From the NCBI GenBank assembly GCA_000146045.2, contig BK006936.2, positions 128,001-192,000 on the forward strand: a DNA stretch of 64,000 nt, given 5' to 3'. Below the pieces are notes generated by a model. It searched no databases. It was not told the origin of the DNA and saw only the letters and a list, made by a program, of their open reading frames with translations. This document shows positions 10,341 to 23,492 of the stretch, piece by piece. Each line of letters starts with the position of its first letter. Position 1 is the stretch's first letter. The DNA is from TPA_inf: Saccharomyces (taxonomy: Eukaryota). The position numbers and the translations under genes are program-made.

Positions 10341-12260
10341 TTAGATATATCGTATCTTTTCATAGCCAGTGGAAACGCCGCCATATTCTTCAAAAGCTTC
10401 TCTTTCAGTTCCGAATTCTTCTACTTCGACCCACTCTTCGAGCCATTTACGGTCAGTTATCTTGGCATCGCCTGGAATACCCTTAATTGGGTAAAAATAC
10501 ACTAAAATGCAGTAACTCAATGCTGCAAGGAGATAACCAACGAAATAGTTTAGGTAGTAAACTTTCATAGCGCCAATAGGCACAGAAACTCCCACTGAAC
10601 CTAAAAAGCCTGCAAAATTAGGAGCAATACCAAATATATAAGCTACCACCGCCCTCCAGTTCGTACCATATTTATTGTACATGTAGTACGATCCTGGCTT
10701 GTCGGTGTAGCAATGGAAAATATTAACGTAACCCTTTCTGACAATGAAGTAATCGGCTGATATTACACCCGCAATAGCACTTAAGAAAACTGCATATGCC
10801 GCTAGTGCCGTAGTAAACTTTGACGATGATGATAATAAATCCCAGGGGCAAATCGCCAACGATATTAGAGCACAAATATAAGAACCGCGTCTGATATTGA
10901 TGAATTTAGGCAATAATGCAGTCAGATCGGTACCTGCAGGGATCGAGTTACCAGACAAGTTGGCACCCAGCTGGTCAAACGCAAAAATGAAAGATATTAA
11001 GAATACACCGGCTCTGTTCCCCGAAGTATAGTTATCCAAGTACCTGTTCAGAATGTCTAGGGGACTCCAATAATTTACTCCGTACAATGTATAAGCTGCG
11101 GAGACAGACAATATTCCGATTAAGGAAATAATGGCATAGCAGACGGGTAGCGCAATCAATTGCGAGTAAACAGATGACTTGTAGGTCTTACCGAATCTAG
11201 TGAAGTCAGGAGCGTTTAGGATTAAAGTAGAGAAGTTATCCAGAGCACTCATAATAGCTCTAATGACAGACCATGCTAAAACCGTCTTGCTGATTGCGCC
11301 ACCATTGTCATTTAGGGAACCCAATGCCAAATGACCTTTGGCCTTACAAAGAGTCCAAATCAAAAAACCGAAGGCCGCAAATGGAGTGATGGCGGATTTG
11401 AGTGCAAATATATGACGCAATTTGTCAGGTGGAAACCATAGGAACGGTAAACATGCGACCCAGAAGACCATGAAGCACATGAACTCGAAGTTCGTCAAAT
11501 TGGGGTTCTTTATGGTGTCTTTGATTCTAGTATTCAAATTAGTACCGAAGATAGCCTTTAGCATCAACTGAACACATTGACTACCGATATAAGCCAAAGT
11601 AGAATTCCAGACACATGCCATGACGACACGGTTGATGACAATCCAGATGGAGAAGTAGATACCAAATGATACTCTTGAGGAAATGGGGAAAGAGATATGG
11701 TAATTGTTCCCCACTTTGGAACCCAGTATCAAGAAAAATGCGACAAACGTGTATCCAACCCAAATACAGATCCAAGTCTGCCACCAGTTAAGCCCTAACT
11801 GTAGCCCAGTGGCTGAGATTTGCCATGTATTGACGTTAAAGGACCCAGAAATCCAAAAGAAAATGTACTGCTTCCATGTCCACGTTCTTCTTTTTGCCTC
11901 CACGGGCCGCAGATCTGTGTTGTACAAGTACGTCGAACGGAGGGACTCCTGTAAATCTTTAAATGTCCTAATTGGATTTTCGGGCTTATGATCGGCCAAA
12001 TCGGTAGAGTCATTCTTAACCTCAAAAAACTCGACAACTCTTTGCAGCCAAGACACCTTTTCGTCATCCTGAGCAATGGTTATATTGTTTTCTGAATCGG
12101 TATCTTTTTTTTCAATGACATTAGCATCAATCTTAGAAGTAATTTTAGTCGCATCACCCATCTCGGACTCTTTCGTGATTTCTTCGTAATCCTCCGTCGG
12201 TATAGTGTCGTCCTTCATTGTTTTTGAAGAATTATCGAATCCAGAATCAGATACCGGCAT
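10341..12260 (-). CDS. FUI1: Uridine permease, NCS1 nucleobase:cation symporter family (639 aa)
   Basis: 639-aa ORF with multiple hydrophobic TM segments and N-terminal acidic tail MPVSDSGFDNSSKTMKDD...; length matches FUI1. Confidence 0.93.
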   Translation of the reverse strand: MPVSDSGFDNSSKTMKDDTIPTEDYEEITKESEMGDATKITSKIDANVIEKKDTDSENNITIAQDDEKVSWLQRVVEFFEVKNDSTDLADHKPENPIRTFKDLQESLRSTYLYNTDLRPVEAKRRTWTWKQYIFFWISGSFNVNTWQISATGLQLGLNWWQTWICIWVGYTFVAFFLILGSKVGNNYHISFPISSRVSFGIYFSIWIVINRVVMACVWNSTLAYIGSQCVQLMLKAIFGTNLNTRIKDTIKNPNLTNFEFMCFMVFWVACLPFLWFPPDKLRHIFALKSAITPFAAFGFLIWTLCKAKGHLALGSLNDNGGAISKTVLAWSVIRAIMSALDNFSTLILNAPDFTRFGKTYKSSVYSQLIALPVCYAIISLIGILSVSAAYTLYGVNYWSPLDILNRYLDNYTSGNRAGVFLISFIFAFDQLGANLSGNSIPAGTDLTALLPKFINIRRGSYICALISLAICPWDLLSSSSKFTTALAAYAVFLSAIAGVISADYFIVRKGYVNIFHCYTDKPGSYYMYNKYGTNWRAVVAYIFGIAPNFAGFLGSVGVSVPIGAMKVYYLNYFVGYLLAALSYCILVYFYPIKGIPGDAKITDRKWLEEWVEVEEFGTEREAFEEYGGVSTGYEKIRYI

Positions 12261-13159
12261 TTTCTCTTATATAGAATTAATGAATGAGAGGACTAGTTAC
12301 CGCCTTTTATTTCCGCAATGTGCTGCAAAGTAAAGCAAAGCTGTCCAATACTATGTTTTAAATTTTACAAGAAGGTCGAAGCAATACTACTGTTATATAA
12401 AAGATAGGATAGCATGTCATCGAGTAATTGAGCAAGAGAGGAAATGAAAAACTTTTCCGTTGGAGAATTGATCAAAAATTTTCAAAAATACGACATGTCC
12501 CTGTGTTGTCCAGGCTGACACAATAGTTTCAGTAGCGAGAACCGCCAAGTTTTATTGCAGCATCCTTTAATGGCAAAGATGGCGCGATAAGGACGAAACC
12601 GGCAAATCCCGAGCATCAACCACAGTGAACGCCGCGGAGAAACTCAAAGGCGAAAGGGGAGAAAAAAAGAAATTAATGGCACATACCGCTTTGTGGCATG
12701 GCTCAATCACATTTCTTTTTCTTCTTTCTGATCGCCCGCAGGAGAGGCAGCGCCGTTTGTGTCCCATCGCAAGGACAAACTAGCTAGGACATGAGACTTC
12801 TAAGCCGTTCAGTCGAAAGAGTTAGGGCATTAGTCTCTAAAGATAAGTGTGGGGGCTTGGTTGAGTCTTGATTTAAAAGCTTGGAGTAGGCATTTTACGA
12901 TCTATTTTCTCTCGAAATAAAGTAAAGGTATTGCTGCAAAGGAATTGCCGTAATATTTAAAACTTCTTGCTTAAGTGATGTAAAGGCAGTGAGGCGATAG
13001 CAATGTTTCGTAGAGCCTGTGACTAGTGAAGCATAGGCAATAAATTGTTTTTTTTTTCTGATTTTGTATTGCCGTCTCTGCGTCGCAGAGATTTGGTGTT
13101 CGTACGGAGCGATAATTGTTTTTATCTTTTCCAACTTAAAGGATCGAGGAAACTCAAAG

Positions 13160-13168
13160 GGTGGCAAA
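13160..13168 (+). promoter_or_regulatory. PACE element GGTGGCAAA (Rpn4 site) about 80 bp upstream of PRE7 ATG
   Basis: exact 9-mer GGTGGCAAA seen in sequence; proteasome subunit genes are known Rpn4/PACE targets. Confidence 0.6.
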
Positions 13169-13246
13169 AACAAGCGGTATAATACAAGGTGAACTGAGTT
13201 GGAAAGAGAGTAGCCAAGACTATTGAACTATAAAGTTAAACAAAAT

Positions 13247-13972
13247 ATGGCCACTATTGCATCAGAATACTCTTCGGAGGCGTCAAATACACCCATTGAA
13301 CATCAATTCAATCCTTACGGTGATAATGGTGGTACAATCCTGGGCATTGCAGGTGAAGATTTCGCAGTGTTAGCAGGCGATACAAGAAATATCACCGATT
13401 ACTCAATTAATTCTCGTTATGAACCCAAGGTTTTTGATTGTGGTGATAACATAGTCATGTCGGCGAATGGATTTGCAGCAGACGGCGACGCTTTAGTAAA
13501 AAGATTCAAAAATAGTGTAAAATGGTACCATTTCGACCACAACGACAAAAAACTATCTATAAACTCTGCAGCAAGGAACATTCAACATCTTCTGTACGGG
13601 AAGAGGTTTTTCCCTTACTACGTTCATACGATCATTGCGGGTCTTGACGAAGATGGTAAGGGCGCTGTCTATTCGTTCGACCCAGTTGGCTCCTACGAAA
13701 GAGAACAGTGTAGAGCAGGTGGTGCTGCGGCATCATTGATCATGCCATTTTTGGACAATCAGGTTAATTTCAAAAATCAATATGAGCCAGGTACAAACGG
13801 TAAAGTCAAAAAGCCTTTGAAATACTTGTCCGTGGAAGAAGTCATCAAACTGGTGAGAGACTCGTTCACTTCTGCTACAGAAAGACATATACAAGTGGGT
13901 GATGGGCTGGAAATCCTTATTGTCACCAAGGATGGTGTAAGGAAAGAATTTTATGAGCTAAAAAGAGATTAA
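13247..13972 (+). CDS. PRE7: 20S proteasome beta6 subunit (241 aa)
   Basis: ORF-track 13223..13972 (249 aa). Met9 MATIASEYSSEASNTPIEHQFNPYGDNGGTILGIAGEDFAVLAGDTR gives 241 aa, equal to the PRE7 length. Proteasome beta fold motif. Confidence 0.92.
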   Translation: MATIASEYSSEASNTPIEHQFNPYGDNGGTILGIAGEDFAVLAGDTRNITDYSINSRYEPKVFDCGDNIVMSANGFAADGDALVKRFKNSVKWYHFDHNDKKLSINSAARNIQHLLYGKRFFPYYVHTIIAGLDEDGKGAVYSFDPVGSYEREQCRAGGAAASLIMPFLDNQVNFKNQYEPGTNGKVKKPLKYLSVEEVIKLVRDSFTSATERHIQVGDGLEILIVTKDGVRKEFYELKRD

Positions 13973-14111
13973 TGCATACATATCATAGTATAAAAAGAAA
14001 TAGACCAATATCAACATCAATTTTATGTATTTTTTTTTTCTTTTGGTATAGCATTGATATATTGAAATTTGTATATATTGCTGCGAACACTATTTAAAAC
14101 AGGTTTTTTTT

Positions 14112-14868
14112 TTATTTTGGCAGTTTGAAACCCTTTCCTCTGATGACTTTAGTGTAGTAAATGTAAAAGAAATCAGAGTACAACAGAGTTTGCAAAAGTC
14201 CCGCGAAGAAGGCAATCTTGTCCAATTTTTTATCTTCCGTGCTGTACCTCCAAATCCAGTTAGGAATATACAATGCTCTGTATAATCCCATGGCAAAAAT
14301 ATAATGAACAGTTAGACTTCTAGTCTTCCCACCCTTAGATAGCATGTACAATTGAGGTAGAATAGCCACACTCTCCAACCATACAGAAAAACTCCATGCT
14401 AATTCAAGAAAAGTGAACTTGTGATGGAAAAAAACACTCATTAGAGCACTCCCAATTAGTAAATGCTGGATCTTAAAGGTATCATGCATAAGCATTTCAT
14501 TATACGCAATGGTGTTGGTTCTTTTAGACCCTTGTAATAGCACTACAATGTAAGCGGTAGATACAATGAAAAATATTTTCATTAGAGCATTGTATAGGGA
14601 TACCCAGTGAAAAGTCAAGAGATCCAAGTATCGTGTTATGAAAACCAAAGCGTACAACGTTTGGGTCTTGAAAGAAATACCTTCAATGTACCTTGTGGTC
14701 TTGATATTATGAATCAGGATCAGTATACTGGTTAGATGTGATAAATCACCTGTCTTGATGGTCGGGAAAAAGCCCTTTCTCTGTTAGTAAGATTGGGTTC
14801 GATCTACGGCGGGAAAAGCCTCATGAAACTCCAAATAGTAACATACCTAAGATTCTAAACGGATTCAT
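14112..14868 (-). CDS. ERD2: HDEL/KDEL ER-retention receptor, 219 aa; two exons 14847..14868 and 14112..14749
   Basis: Exon 2 is ORF-track 14112..14657 extended 5' to the splice acceptor at 14749. Exon 1 is ATGAATCCGTTTAGAATCTTAG followed by GTATGT, with TACTAAC branch and CAG acceptor. Spliced product MNPFRILGDLSHLTSILILIHNIKTTRYIEGISFKTQTLYALVFITRYLD... is 660 nt = 219 aa + stop. Confidence 0.9.
14750..14846 (-). other. ERD2: ERD2 spliceosomal intron (97 nt)
   Basis: 5' GTATGT, branch TACTAAC, 3' CAG; restores reading frame. Confidence 0.85.
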
Positions 14869-15392
14869 TGCTTACTGATTATGCCTCAACTTGCGCGTAT
14901 ATCTCACTCTTGAACAAGTGCCCTCAGCAAATTCATCTGCCTCGAAATTTGAACTTATTTTTAACGTGTTCAATATTTAGCTAAAACGTCGTTTTCAGTC
15001 CGGGTACCGCAGATAAGCCATCCCGGATCTTTAAAGGAAAACGAGGAATTCAGTGGTGCAGACTACACTTTAATCTCAATTGACCAAAGTGAGTCCTCAA
15101 GTAAGACGAATATTATTTTTCTTTCACGACTCAATTGAATTCCTAATAACACTTTTGTTTGCTGTATTAGCTTTTAGCTTTGAGAGCGATGAAGCAAGAG
15201 AGAAAAATAAGGGTAGAAAAAAAAATTAGAAATTGAGGAGGGGAAGGTATTCTAACCTGGTGAATTCCCAGATACATAAGTATAAGAATTTCTCGGCAGA
15301 GATTATATACAATAAAGAATAAGGTTCAGTTGGACGATTGCGATAGTAGCGTGAATAACAATTTACTTTAATCAATCGTTAGGATACTTCTA

Positions 15393-15572
15393 ATGGGCTT
15401 TTTTAACAATAATCCGGTAATTGAATTCTTCCACAGAATAACGAGAAAACCCAGTACCATTGCGATGTGGGTGTTTGCTGGTCTGATTTGTTCAAGTACA
15501 TTTTATTTAATGTTCATGTCATCACCTACAATCGACTTCAACTCGAAGAGTAAGAAAAAAAATGATAAATAA
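15393..15572 (+). CDS. YBL039W-B: Small putative membrane protein, 59 aa (MGFFNNNPVIEFFHRITRKPSTIAMWVFAGLICSSTFYLMFMSSPTIDFNSKSKKKNDK)
   Basis: ATG..TAA 180 nt read by hand; one predicted TM helix; below the 60-aa threshold so absent from ORF track; coordinates match my recollection of YBL039W-B. Confidence 0.5.
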   Translation: MGFFNNNPVIEFFHRITRKPSTIAMWVFAGLICSSTFYLMFMSSPTIDFNSKSKKKNDK

Positions 15573-15988
15573 TCTCCCTGTTCAGTACTTTGGTAAAAGC
15601 ACGCCATGGAAAATTATTTAGAACTTCCTTATACAAAACTAAATATTTGAGCATATTCTATATTCATACATAGATACATTCTTTGAATTTCAAGACTCTT
15701 ATTTCTCATTTTGAAAGCCAAGATTGGAGGAAAAATCGTAAATTTTTATCCAGTCAGTAACAACTGTTGGCCAGTCGAAAACTCTATCGAAACAGCTTCT
15801 ATATGTCAGATAAGATAGATTTATTAAATTAAATATATTCAGGAGAGGAAAGACAACATGAACGAAAAAAAAAAAACAGTGTAGAGAAGCACTACAAATA
15901 TTTTCTCTTCCAAAAAATATAATATACATAAAAAAATTAGAAATTTATCTTTGTTAATGCAGTAGACTTTTAATTCTAAAATTTTGAT

Positions 15989-17728
15989 TTAAAAGTTGAA
16001 TTTGTTTTCGCCGGCCTCAAGATCGTACTTACCTTCAATGACATCTTGAAGGATACCAGCGGAAGCAGCAACTAAACCCAAAAATGGTTTGGATGGATCT
16101 AAGACCTTTGATGTGTATTCTGGGTGATATTGAGTAGCAATATAGTATGGGTGATTCTTTAATTCCAAAATCTCACAACGCTTTCCAGTGTCGTCCTTAC
16201 CTACAAAGATCAACCCGTTGTTTTCCAATTCATCAACCATCTTTGGATTGATTTCGTAACGGTGACGGTGTCTTTCATGGACTTCGGAGACGTCACCGTA
16301 TAACTTCTTGATTTGACTCCATTCAGTTTCATTTTGGAAAAATGTTGGTCTCAAACCTAATCTCATTGAGCCCCCCATGGTTTCCTTGTCAATTTCAGGC
16401 ATGAAAACGACAACGTGATTTTTTTCATCAATGTCTGGATAAAATTCTGCCGAATGACTGTCTTTTCTTCCCAACACACTACGTGTAAATTCAATGGTGG
16501 CAATTTGTAAACCCAGGCAAACCCCTAAGAATGGAATGTGATTTTCACGAGCCCATCTAGCAGCCAAAACCATACCTTCAGTACCTCTAACACCAAAACC
16601 ACCGGGGATTAAGATACCGTCTGCGGTACTGACCATGTTCCATGCTTCATGAAATTTAGTTTTGTTGCTTTCTTGTGCTTCAGGTTCCAAATCAGTAGCT
16701 TCCACCCATTTAATGTCTAACTTACGACGACACTTCATGGATGAATGTTCCAATGCTTTTATCACTGATAGATAAGAATCTTTCAAGTTGGTGTATTTCC
16801 CAACCAAAGCAATCTTCACTGTTTCCATGGATTCATCGAAGTTACCTGTTGTGGCCTTCCATTTAGACAATAATTCCAGGCCTCTTTGTTTTTCTTCTTC
16901 TGTAAGTGATATTTCATCTAACTTTAATCTGGCGTGTAAGTAATCAATCATCTTTTGTTCCAGTAGCAACAATGGGACGTGATAAGTAGAATTAACATCG
17001 TGAACGTTAACCACCTGTTCAGGCCCCACATGACAAAACATGGCAATCTTATCGATTGTTGGTTTATCCAAAGTTTCACTACATCTACAGGCGATCATAT
17101 CTGGAACTAAACCAAGAGACCTCAAACCTTTGATGGCAGCTTGAGTTGGCTTAGTTTTTTGTTCACCGTGGATGACAGGAACTAGAGAAACGTGTATCAA
17201 GGCAAAATTTTCCTTTCCAACTTTAAATTGGAATTGTCTTAGTGCCTCCACAAAAGGAGCACTTTCAATGTCACCAACTGTCCCACCCAATTCAATGATA
17301 CAAACATCTGGTTCCATACCGGTGTCATCTACAGGAATTTTGGCCACGCGCTCAATCCAATCTTGGATAGCGTTGGTCAAATGAGGGACAATTTGCACGG
17401 TTTTGCCTAAATAGTCACCTTTTCTTTCCTTAGCAATAACGTGCGAGTATATTTTACCAGTAGTAATGTTATGATCTTTAGTCAAAGTAACTCCAAGGTA
17501 TCTCTCGTAGTTACCCAAGTCCAAATCTGTTTCACCACCGTCGTCAAGCACGAAACATTCACCATGTTCCAAAGGAGACATAGTACCTGCATCAATGTTC
17601 ATATAAGGGTCAATTTTAATTGACGTAACCTTTAAACCGAGGGTTTTCATTAGCATACCAGTTGAAGATGCAAGAACACCTTTACCGATACCCGAAATGA
17701 CACCACCTGAAACAACAACGTACTTCAT
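15989..17728 (-). CDS. URA7: CTP synthase 1 (579 aa)
   Basis: ORF-track 15989..17764; Met13 [52 protein letters not shown]... classic CTP synthase N-terminus plus glutaminase domain; 579 aa from this start. Confidence 0.93.
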   Translation of the reverse strand: MKYVVVSGGVISGIGKGVLASSTGMLMKTLGLKVTSIKIDPYMNIDAGTMSPLEHGECFVLDDGGETDLDLGNYERYLGVTLTKDHNITTGKIYSHVIAKERKGDYLGKTVQIVPHLTNAIQDWIERVAKIPVDDTGMEPDVCIIELGGTVGDIESAPFVEALRQFQFKVGKENFALIHVSLVPVIHGEQKTKPTQAAIKGLRSLGLVPDMIACRCSETLDKPTIDKIAMFCHVGPEQVVNVHDVNSTYHVPLLLLEQKMIDYLHARLKLDEISLTEEEKQRGLELLSKWKATTGNFDESMETVKIALVGKYTNLKDSYLSVIKALEHSSMKCRRKLDIKWVEATDLEPEAQESNKTKFHEAWNMVSTADGILIPGGFGVRGTEGMVLAARWARENHIPFLGVCLGLQIATIEFTRSVLGRKDSHSAEFYPDIDEKNHVVVFMPEIDKETMGGSMRLGLRPTFFQNETEWSQIKKLYGDVSEVHERHRHRYEINPKMVDELENNGLIFVGKDDTGKRCEILELKNHPYYIATQYHPEYTSKVLDPSKPFLGLVAASAGILQDVIEGKYDLEAGENKFNF

Positions 17729-17899
17729 TTTCTGTCTATAAGTTTCTTTTGTTCTATTGACCAATTCACTGAGAAACTGCCTGAAACTTTTTCGACCTTA
17801 GAATGGCAGAAAAATGGCAAATACTGTAAAATACTTAACATTTAACTAAATTTTATTCTATGCTTTTCCTCTCGATGAGATGAGCTGTGAAAAATTTTG

Positions 17900-17930
<31 letters not shown>
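17900..17930 (+). promoter_or_regulatory. 31-nt poly(dA:dT) tract in URA7/MRPL16 divergent promoter
   Basis: uninterrupted A31 seen in sequence; typical nucleosome-excluding promoter element. Confidence 0.6.
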
Positions 17931-17934
<4 letters not shown>

Positions 17935-18120
17935 TTATCACCAATAACGAGAAACCTAACTCTAAAACTTAGGGTCAAAGAACAGAACCCTAGGCTTTGT
18001 ATCCAGTTGAATCACTAATTACGAAAGAATGCTGGTGGAAATAATAATATCATATTGGTGCTCAAATAACAAGAAGACTTCTTTGGAAGAAATTATTACC
18101 AATTAACAGTCCACTTGTAG

Positions 18121-18885
<765 letters not shown>

Positions 18886-19208
18886 ACGGATTGAACACAC
18901 CATGTATACATGTATATAACTATTGAAAAATATCGATATTCACAATCAAGTAATCTAGCCATGGCTATGAGTTTATTAATTCTAGTATGCACTGTATACT
19001 CTCTGCGGAAGAATAGGAGTTTTTCCCCGGAGTGAGCGCTGAAGAAACACATGACGACGTGAAAAAACACTTGTTTGATCCAGCTGAGGTATAAACACTG
19101 AGAAATATTTGAGGGTCAAAGAAGCACTAGGAACGTTACAGTTGGAATTTGCTAGTCAATCGAGTTTCCAATTTCGCAACCTTTATTATAGTACTAATCT
19201 TATAAGCC

Positions 19209-22200
19209 ATGGATCGCAAAAAAACACTTATAAACTCAAGTGTTTCTAATAATAACAGTACCATCAAGGGCCTACAGTTATTCATTGCAGATCTTCGTTC
19301 TGCACAACAAGCACAAGAGCAGGAAAAGAGAATACAATCTGAAATTGTCAAAATTAAACAGCATTTCGATGCTGCAAAGAAAAAACAAGGCAATCACGAC
19401 AGATTAGGTGGCTATCAAAGAAAGAAGTACGTTGCCAAGCTAGCCTATATATATATTACTTCTAATACGACAAAACTAAATGAAATTTTATTCGGGTTGG
19501 AGCAAACGGTAGAGCTGTTGAAGTCCAGCATATTTTCTGAAAAATTCATTGGATATATGACCCTTGAGTTGCTTTATGAACGTAGTGAAGTTGTTGCCAA
19601 AGTTAACGATGAGGTGAATTATCAACTGATGAAAGATCTCTCTTCTTCCGATGATAATTTCGTAATGTTGGCGCTGAATTTTGTTGGTGTAGTAGGAGAA
19701 CTTACGAACCGTCTAGCGTACAACGATGATATCACAACAGGAGTATTCAAGATATTAAGATCACCGACCTCCTCCATTTATCTCAAGAAAAAATCAGCAT
19801 TGTCATTTCTAGCACTATTGAAAAGTAATCATTCTATACTGACCGAAGATTTACAACGTAAGCAACTATGGATACAAAGGATATTAAGCTTATTGGATGA
19901 TACGGAAAACTATAGGTTAACTTTAGCTACGATTCCGTTAATAGAATTCATTGCAAAATACATTGATCCCAGTTACTGTACGAGACTATTACCACAGCTA
20001 ACAGAAATTTTGTACAATTGTGTTGTTGTTGGTACTTCAAGATCTAGTGACAATCAGTTTCCGTTAGAATATACGTTCGCGAATATGCCAAATCCTTGGC
20101 TTATCACAAAAGTTGTCTCTTTGTTGAGCATATTGATTGCCTCACCAACTGAGAGGGATTCTGGCTCATTACTACAAACCAACAACATAGATAATGAATT
20201 ACTAAATAAACTTCGAAAGTGTGTTTCCGTTGCCATCGAATTAGGAACCAGACAAGCTCAAGATCCCATGGAACGTATCGTCCAAAACACAGTATTGTTT
20301 TCATTGATCAATTTCGCCTCTAAGCTAGATCCGTCGGATGAAGCTATCAGCAATTCTGTGACAGCCTTATGTTCCCTGCTAACATCTAAGGAAATTAATA
20401 TTCGGTATTTAACGCTAGATTCATTGGTCAAATTATGCTCATCAAGCGGGAAACCTGCAATTGATGCCGTTCGTTACAAGAATTTGGATATGATTTTTCA
20501 TCTTTTGAACACAGAAAGAGATTCATCTATTGTTAGGAAGGTTGTTGACTTGTTATATACCTTTACTGATGTTGAAAACGTTAAGATTATTGTGGACGGT
20601 TTACTGCAGTATATTTTATCTCCGAAAAATCTTGCTGAACCGCAAATAAAATCTGATATTGCAGTTAAAATAGCTATTTTGACCGAGAAATATGCCACGG
20701 ATATCAATTGGTTTGTAATTATTTCGTTGCAGTTGCTATCATTAACTTCAAATACAACTATTAACGATGATGAGATCTGGCAACGACTATGTCAAATTGT
20801 AGTGAACAATCCATCTTTACATAGAATAACATGTGAACGGTTGGTGGACTATTTATGTAAAAAGCAAGCATCTGAAGCTATTATTAAAGCTGCGGCTTTT
20901 CTACTAGGGGAGTACTCAAGTCTCATAACAGACAGGATTTCAAGCGCAAATTTATTTACTTTGTTTGCCGAGAAATATTTTAGTGCACCAAATGTGGCTA
21001 AGGCGATGATATTGACTACGATGATCAAGTTGTACAAGACCTCACCTGAGATCGGCTCCAACGTCATCAAATTTTTCCAATTGGAATTGAACTCTCTTGA
21101 TATTGAGTTGCAAACAAGATCCTTCGAATATCTCAACATTATTCAACTGGCTAAGGTGAACGGAAATACAGATATTTTGCAAATTTTATTTGAACCAATG
21201 CCGCCTTTTAACAGCAAATCTAATCCATTATTGAAGAGATTAGGGTCACTGCCGGCATCAGCGGGTAGCACAACTTTAATAAATACACCATCCGAAGCAT
21301 CCTCCTCCACGCCTGACTTACTATCAAAAAGAGCAAACTCTTCCAGGTCGATCATGGTTCCCATGCCCCCACCATCTCGTAGGAACACCATTGATGATGT
21401 AAATTCCAAAATTAGTTCATCTGAAGACTTTTCAGGAAAGGACTCTTATTATTCAAGGCAGATCCTCGCTCCAAATTGGAGGGAAGGTTTCACAAGAATG
21501 ATTTCGCATAAGCAGGGTGTGCTTTTCACATCATCTTTGATGAAAGTTTTCTATCGGATAACCACTCCTGATGCACAACAGCCATACGTGTTTCATATAT
21601 CTCTTGCCTTCATTAACCTGACTGAGTGGGAAATCACGGGATTATCCACACAGATTATCCCTTCAAAAACGCAAGGTAATCCTGAGTATTTAATTATGAA
21701 TATTAATACACCTTCTACTGCTACTATTGGGCCCCATAAAAGGGCAGAGCAAAGCTATGAAGTTTCAATAAGAAAACCTTTCGACGTTGAAGATAGTCCA
21801 ATTTTGGCAATTCATTTCAAATGTGGCGGTAGTACAAACACTATCAATTTGAAAACTGCCATAGGCATGACTACAACACTAATTAGCAGCGATGTCAATC
21901 CTAGCATGCATTTGAATTTGGCACAGTTCATCAGCCGTTGGAAGACTTTGAGCGATGCTTTGGGAAAAGAGGGAGAATACCAAAAATCTGGCATAAAGCT
22001 CAACAAGGATTTTAGAAAAGTTGAAACAATCAGTTTAGAAGACGGACTTCTACTATTGACGCAAACAGTGAAGAGGTTGGGCTTTGATATAGTCGATCAG
22101 ACCAGTGTTCGTAGTACATTGTTTGTCTCGGGTATTATTCATACGAAAAGTGAGGGAAACTTCGGTTGTTTAATGAAGATACAATACCAGGTAAATGGAA

Positions 22201-22286
22201 CAGTTAATGTTACCTGTAAAACAACGACGGCCGGTCCCCTGGCGAAGTACATTGTCGAATGTATAAAGAATGTGCTTACGAAGTAA
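19209..22286 (+). CDS. APL3: AP-2 adaptor complex alpha-adaptin large subunit (1025 aa)
   Basis: 1025-aa ORF with adaptin N-terminal HEAT/ARM region; length matches APL3. Confidence 0.92.
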   Translation: MDRKKTLINSSVSNNNSTIKGLQLFIADLRSAQQAQEQEKRIQSEIVKIKQHFDAAKKKQGNHDRLGGYQRKKYVAKLAYIYITSNTTKLNEILFGLEQTVELLKSSIFSEKFIGYMTLELLYERSEVVAKVNDEVNYQLMKDLSSSDDNFVMLALNFVGVVGELTNRLAYNDDITTGVFKILRSPTSSIYLKKKSALSFLALLKSNHSILTEDLQRKQLWIQRILSLLDDTENYRLTLATIPLIEFIAKYIDPSYCTRLLPQLTEILYNCVVVGTSRSSDNQFPLEYTFANMPNPWLITKVVSLLSILIASPTERDSGSLLQTNNIDNELLNKLRKCVSVAIELGTRQAQDPMERIVQNTVLFSLINFASKLDPSDEAISNSVTALCSLLTSKEINIRYLTLDSLVKLCSSSGKPAIDAVRYKNLDMIFHLLNTERDSSIVRKVVDLLYTFTDVENVKIIVDGLLQYILSPKNLAEPQIKSDIAVKIAILTEKYATDINWFVIISLQLLSLTSNTTINDDEIWQRLCQIVVNNPSLHRITCERLVDYLCKKQASEAIIKAAAFLLGEYSSLITDRISSANLFTLFAEKYFSAPNVAKAMILTTMIKLYKTSPEIGSNVIKFFQLELNSLDIELQTRSFEYLNIIQLAKVNGNTDILQILFEPMPPFNSKSNPLLKRLGSLPASAGSTTLINTPSEASSSTPDLLSKRANSSRSIMVPMPPPSRRNTIDDVNSKISSSEDFSGKDSYYSRQILAPNWREGFTRMISHKQGVLFTSSLMKVFYRITTPDAQQPYVFHISLAFINLTEWEITGLSTQIIPSKTQGNPEYLIMNINTPSTATIGPHKRAEQSYEVSIRKPFDVEDSPILAIHFKCGGSTNTINLKTAIGMTTTLISSDVNPSMHLNLAQFISRWKTLSDALGKEGEYQKSGIKLNKDFRKVETISLEDGLLLLTQTVKRLGFDIVDQTSVRSTLFVSGIIHTKSEGNFGCLMKIQYQVNGTVNVTCKTTTAGPLAKYIVECIKNVLTK

Positions 22287-22337
22287 AATTTTCTCAAATT
22301 CACTATAATGAAAATCATCCGCATTGTACATATATAA

Positions 22338-22364
22338 ACACACACACACATATATATATATATT
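22338..22364. repeat. (CA)6-(TA)7 compound microsatellite between convergent APL3 and YBL036C 3' ends
   Basis: seen in sequence. Confidence 0.85.
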
Positions 22365-22446
22365 TGAGATTCTATTTATTTTCATTTTGTGTTGTAATGC
22401 TATAAAAAAAAAGATCTTCGTATAAAATCTCAGTTCATTCAACCTA

Positions 22447-23283
<837 letters not shown>

Positions 23284-23492
23284 TTATTATGCATTTAAGA
23301 GTAGTCTCTACTTATGAACATTTTCTCTGGCCTCTGATCACGTTACTTTATTACCCGGATACTGATCATGTTATGGTCTTTAATCAATAAGTAAGTTATA
23401 GAGCCAGTTTCAAGGTCGATAGTTCAGGTGTATAACAATACTTTTTGGTGCTACCTTGAGCTATTCCATTAGTTAAGTTTGAATTAAATATA

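Noticed and set aside
13223-17764. Longer ORF-track starts for PRE7 (13223), URA7 (17764), MRPL16 (18142), YBL036C (23250), STU1 (30407) and MCM2 (49529)
   Set aside because: Internal Met codons reproduce the exact known protein lengths and conserved N-termini (for example URA7 MKYVVVSGG and MRPL16 [11 protein letters not shown]). The upstream extensions are short, non-conserved promoter readings.
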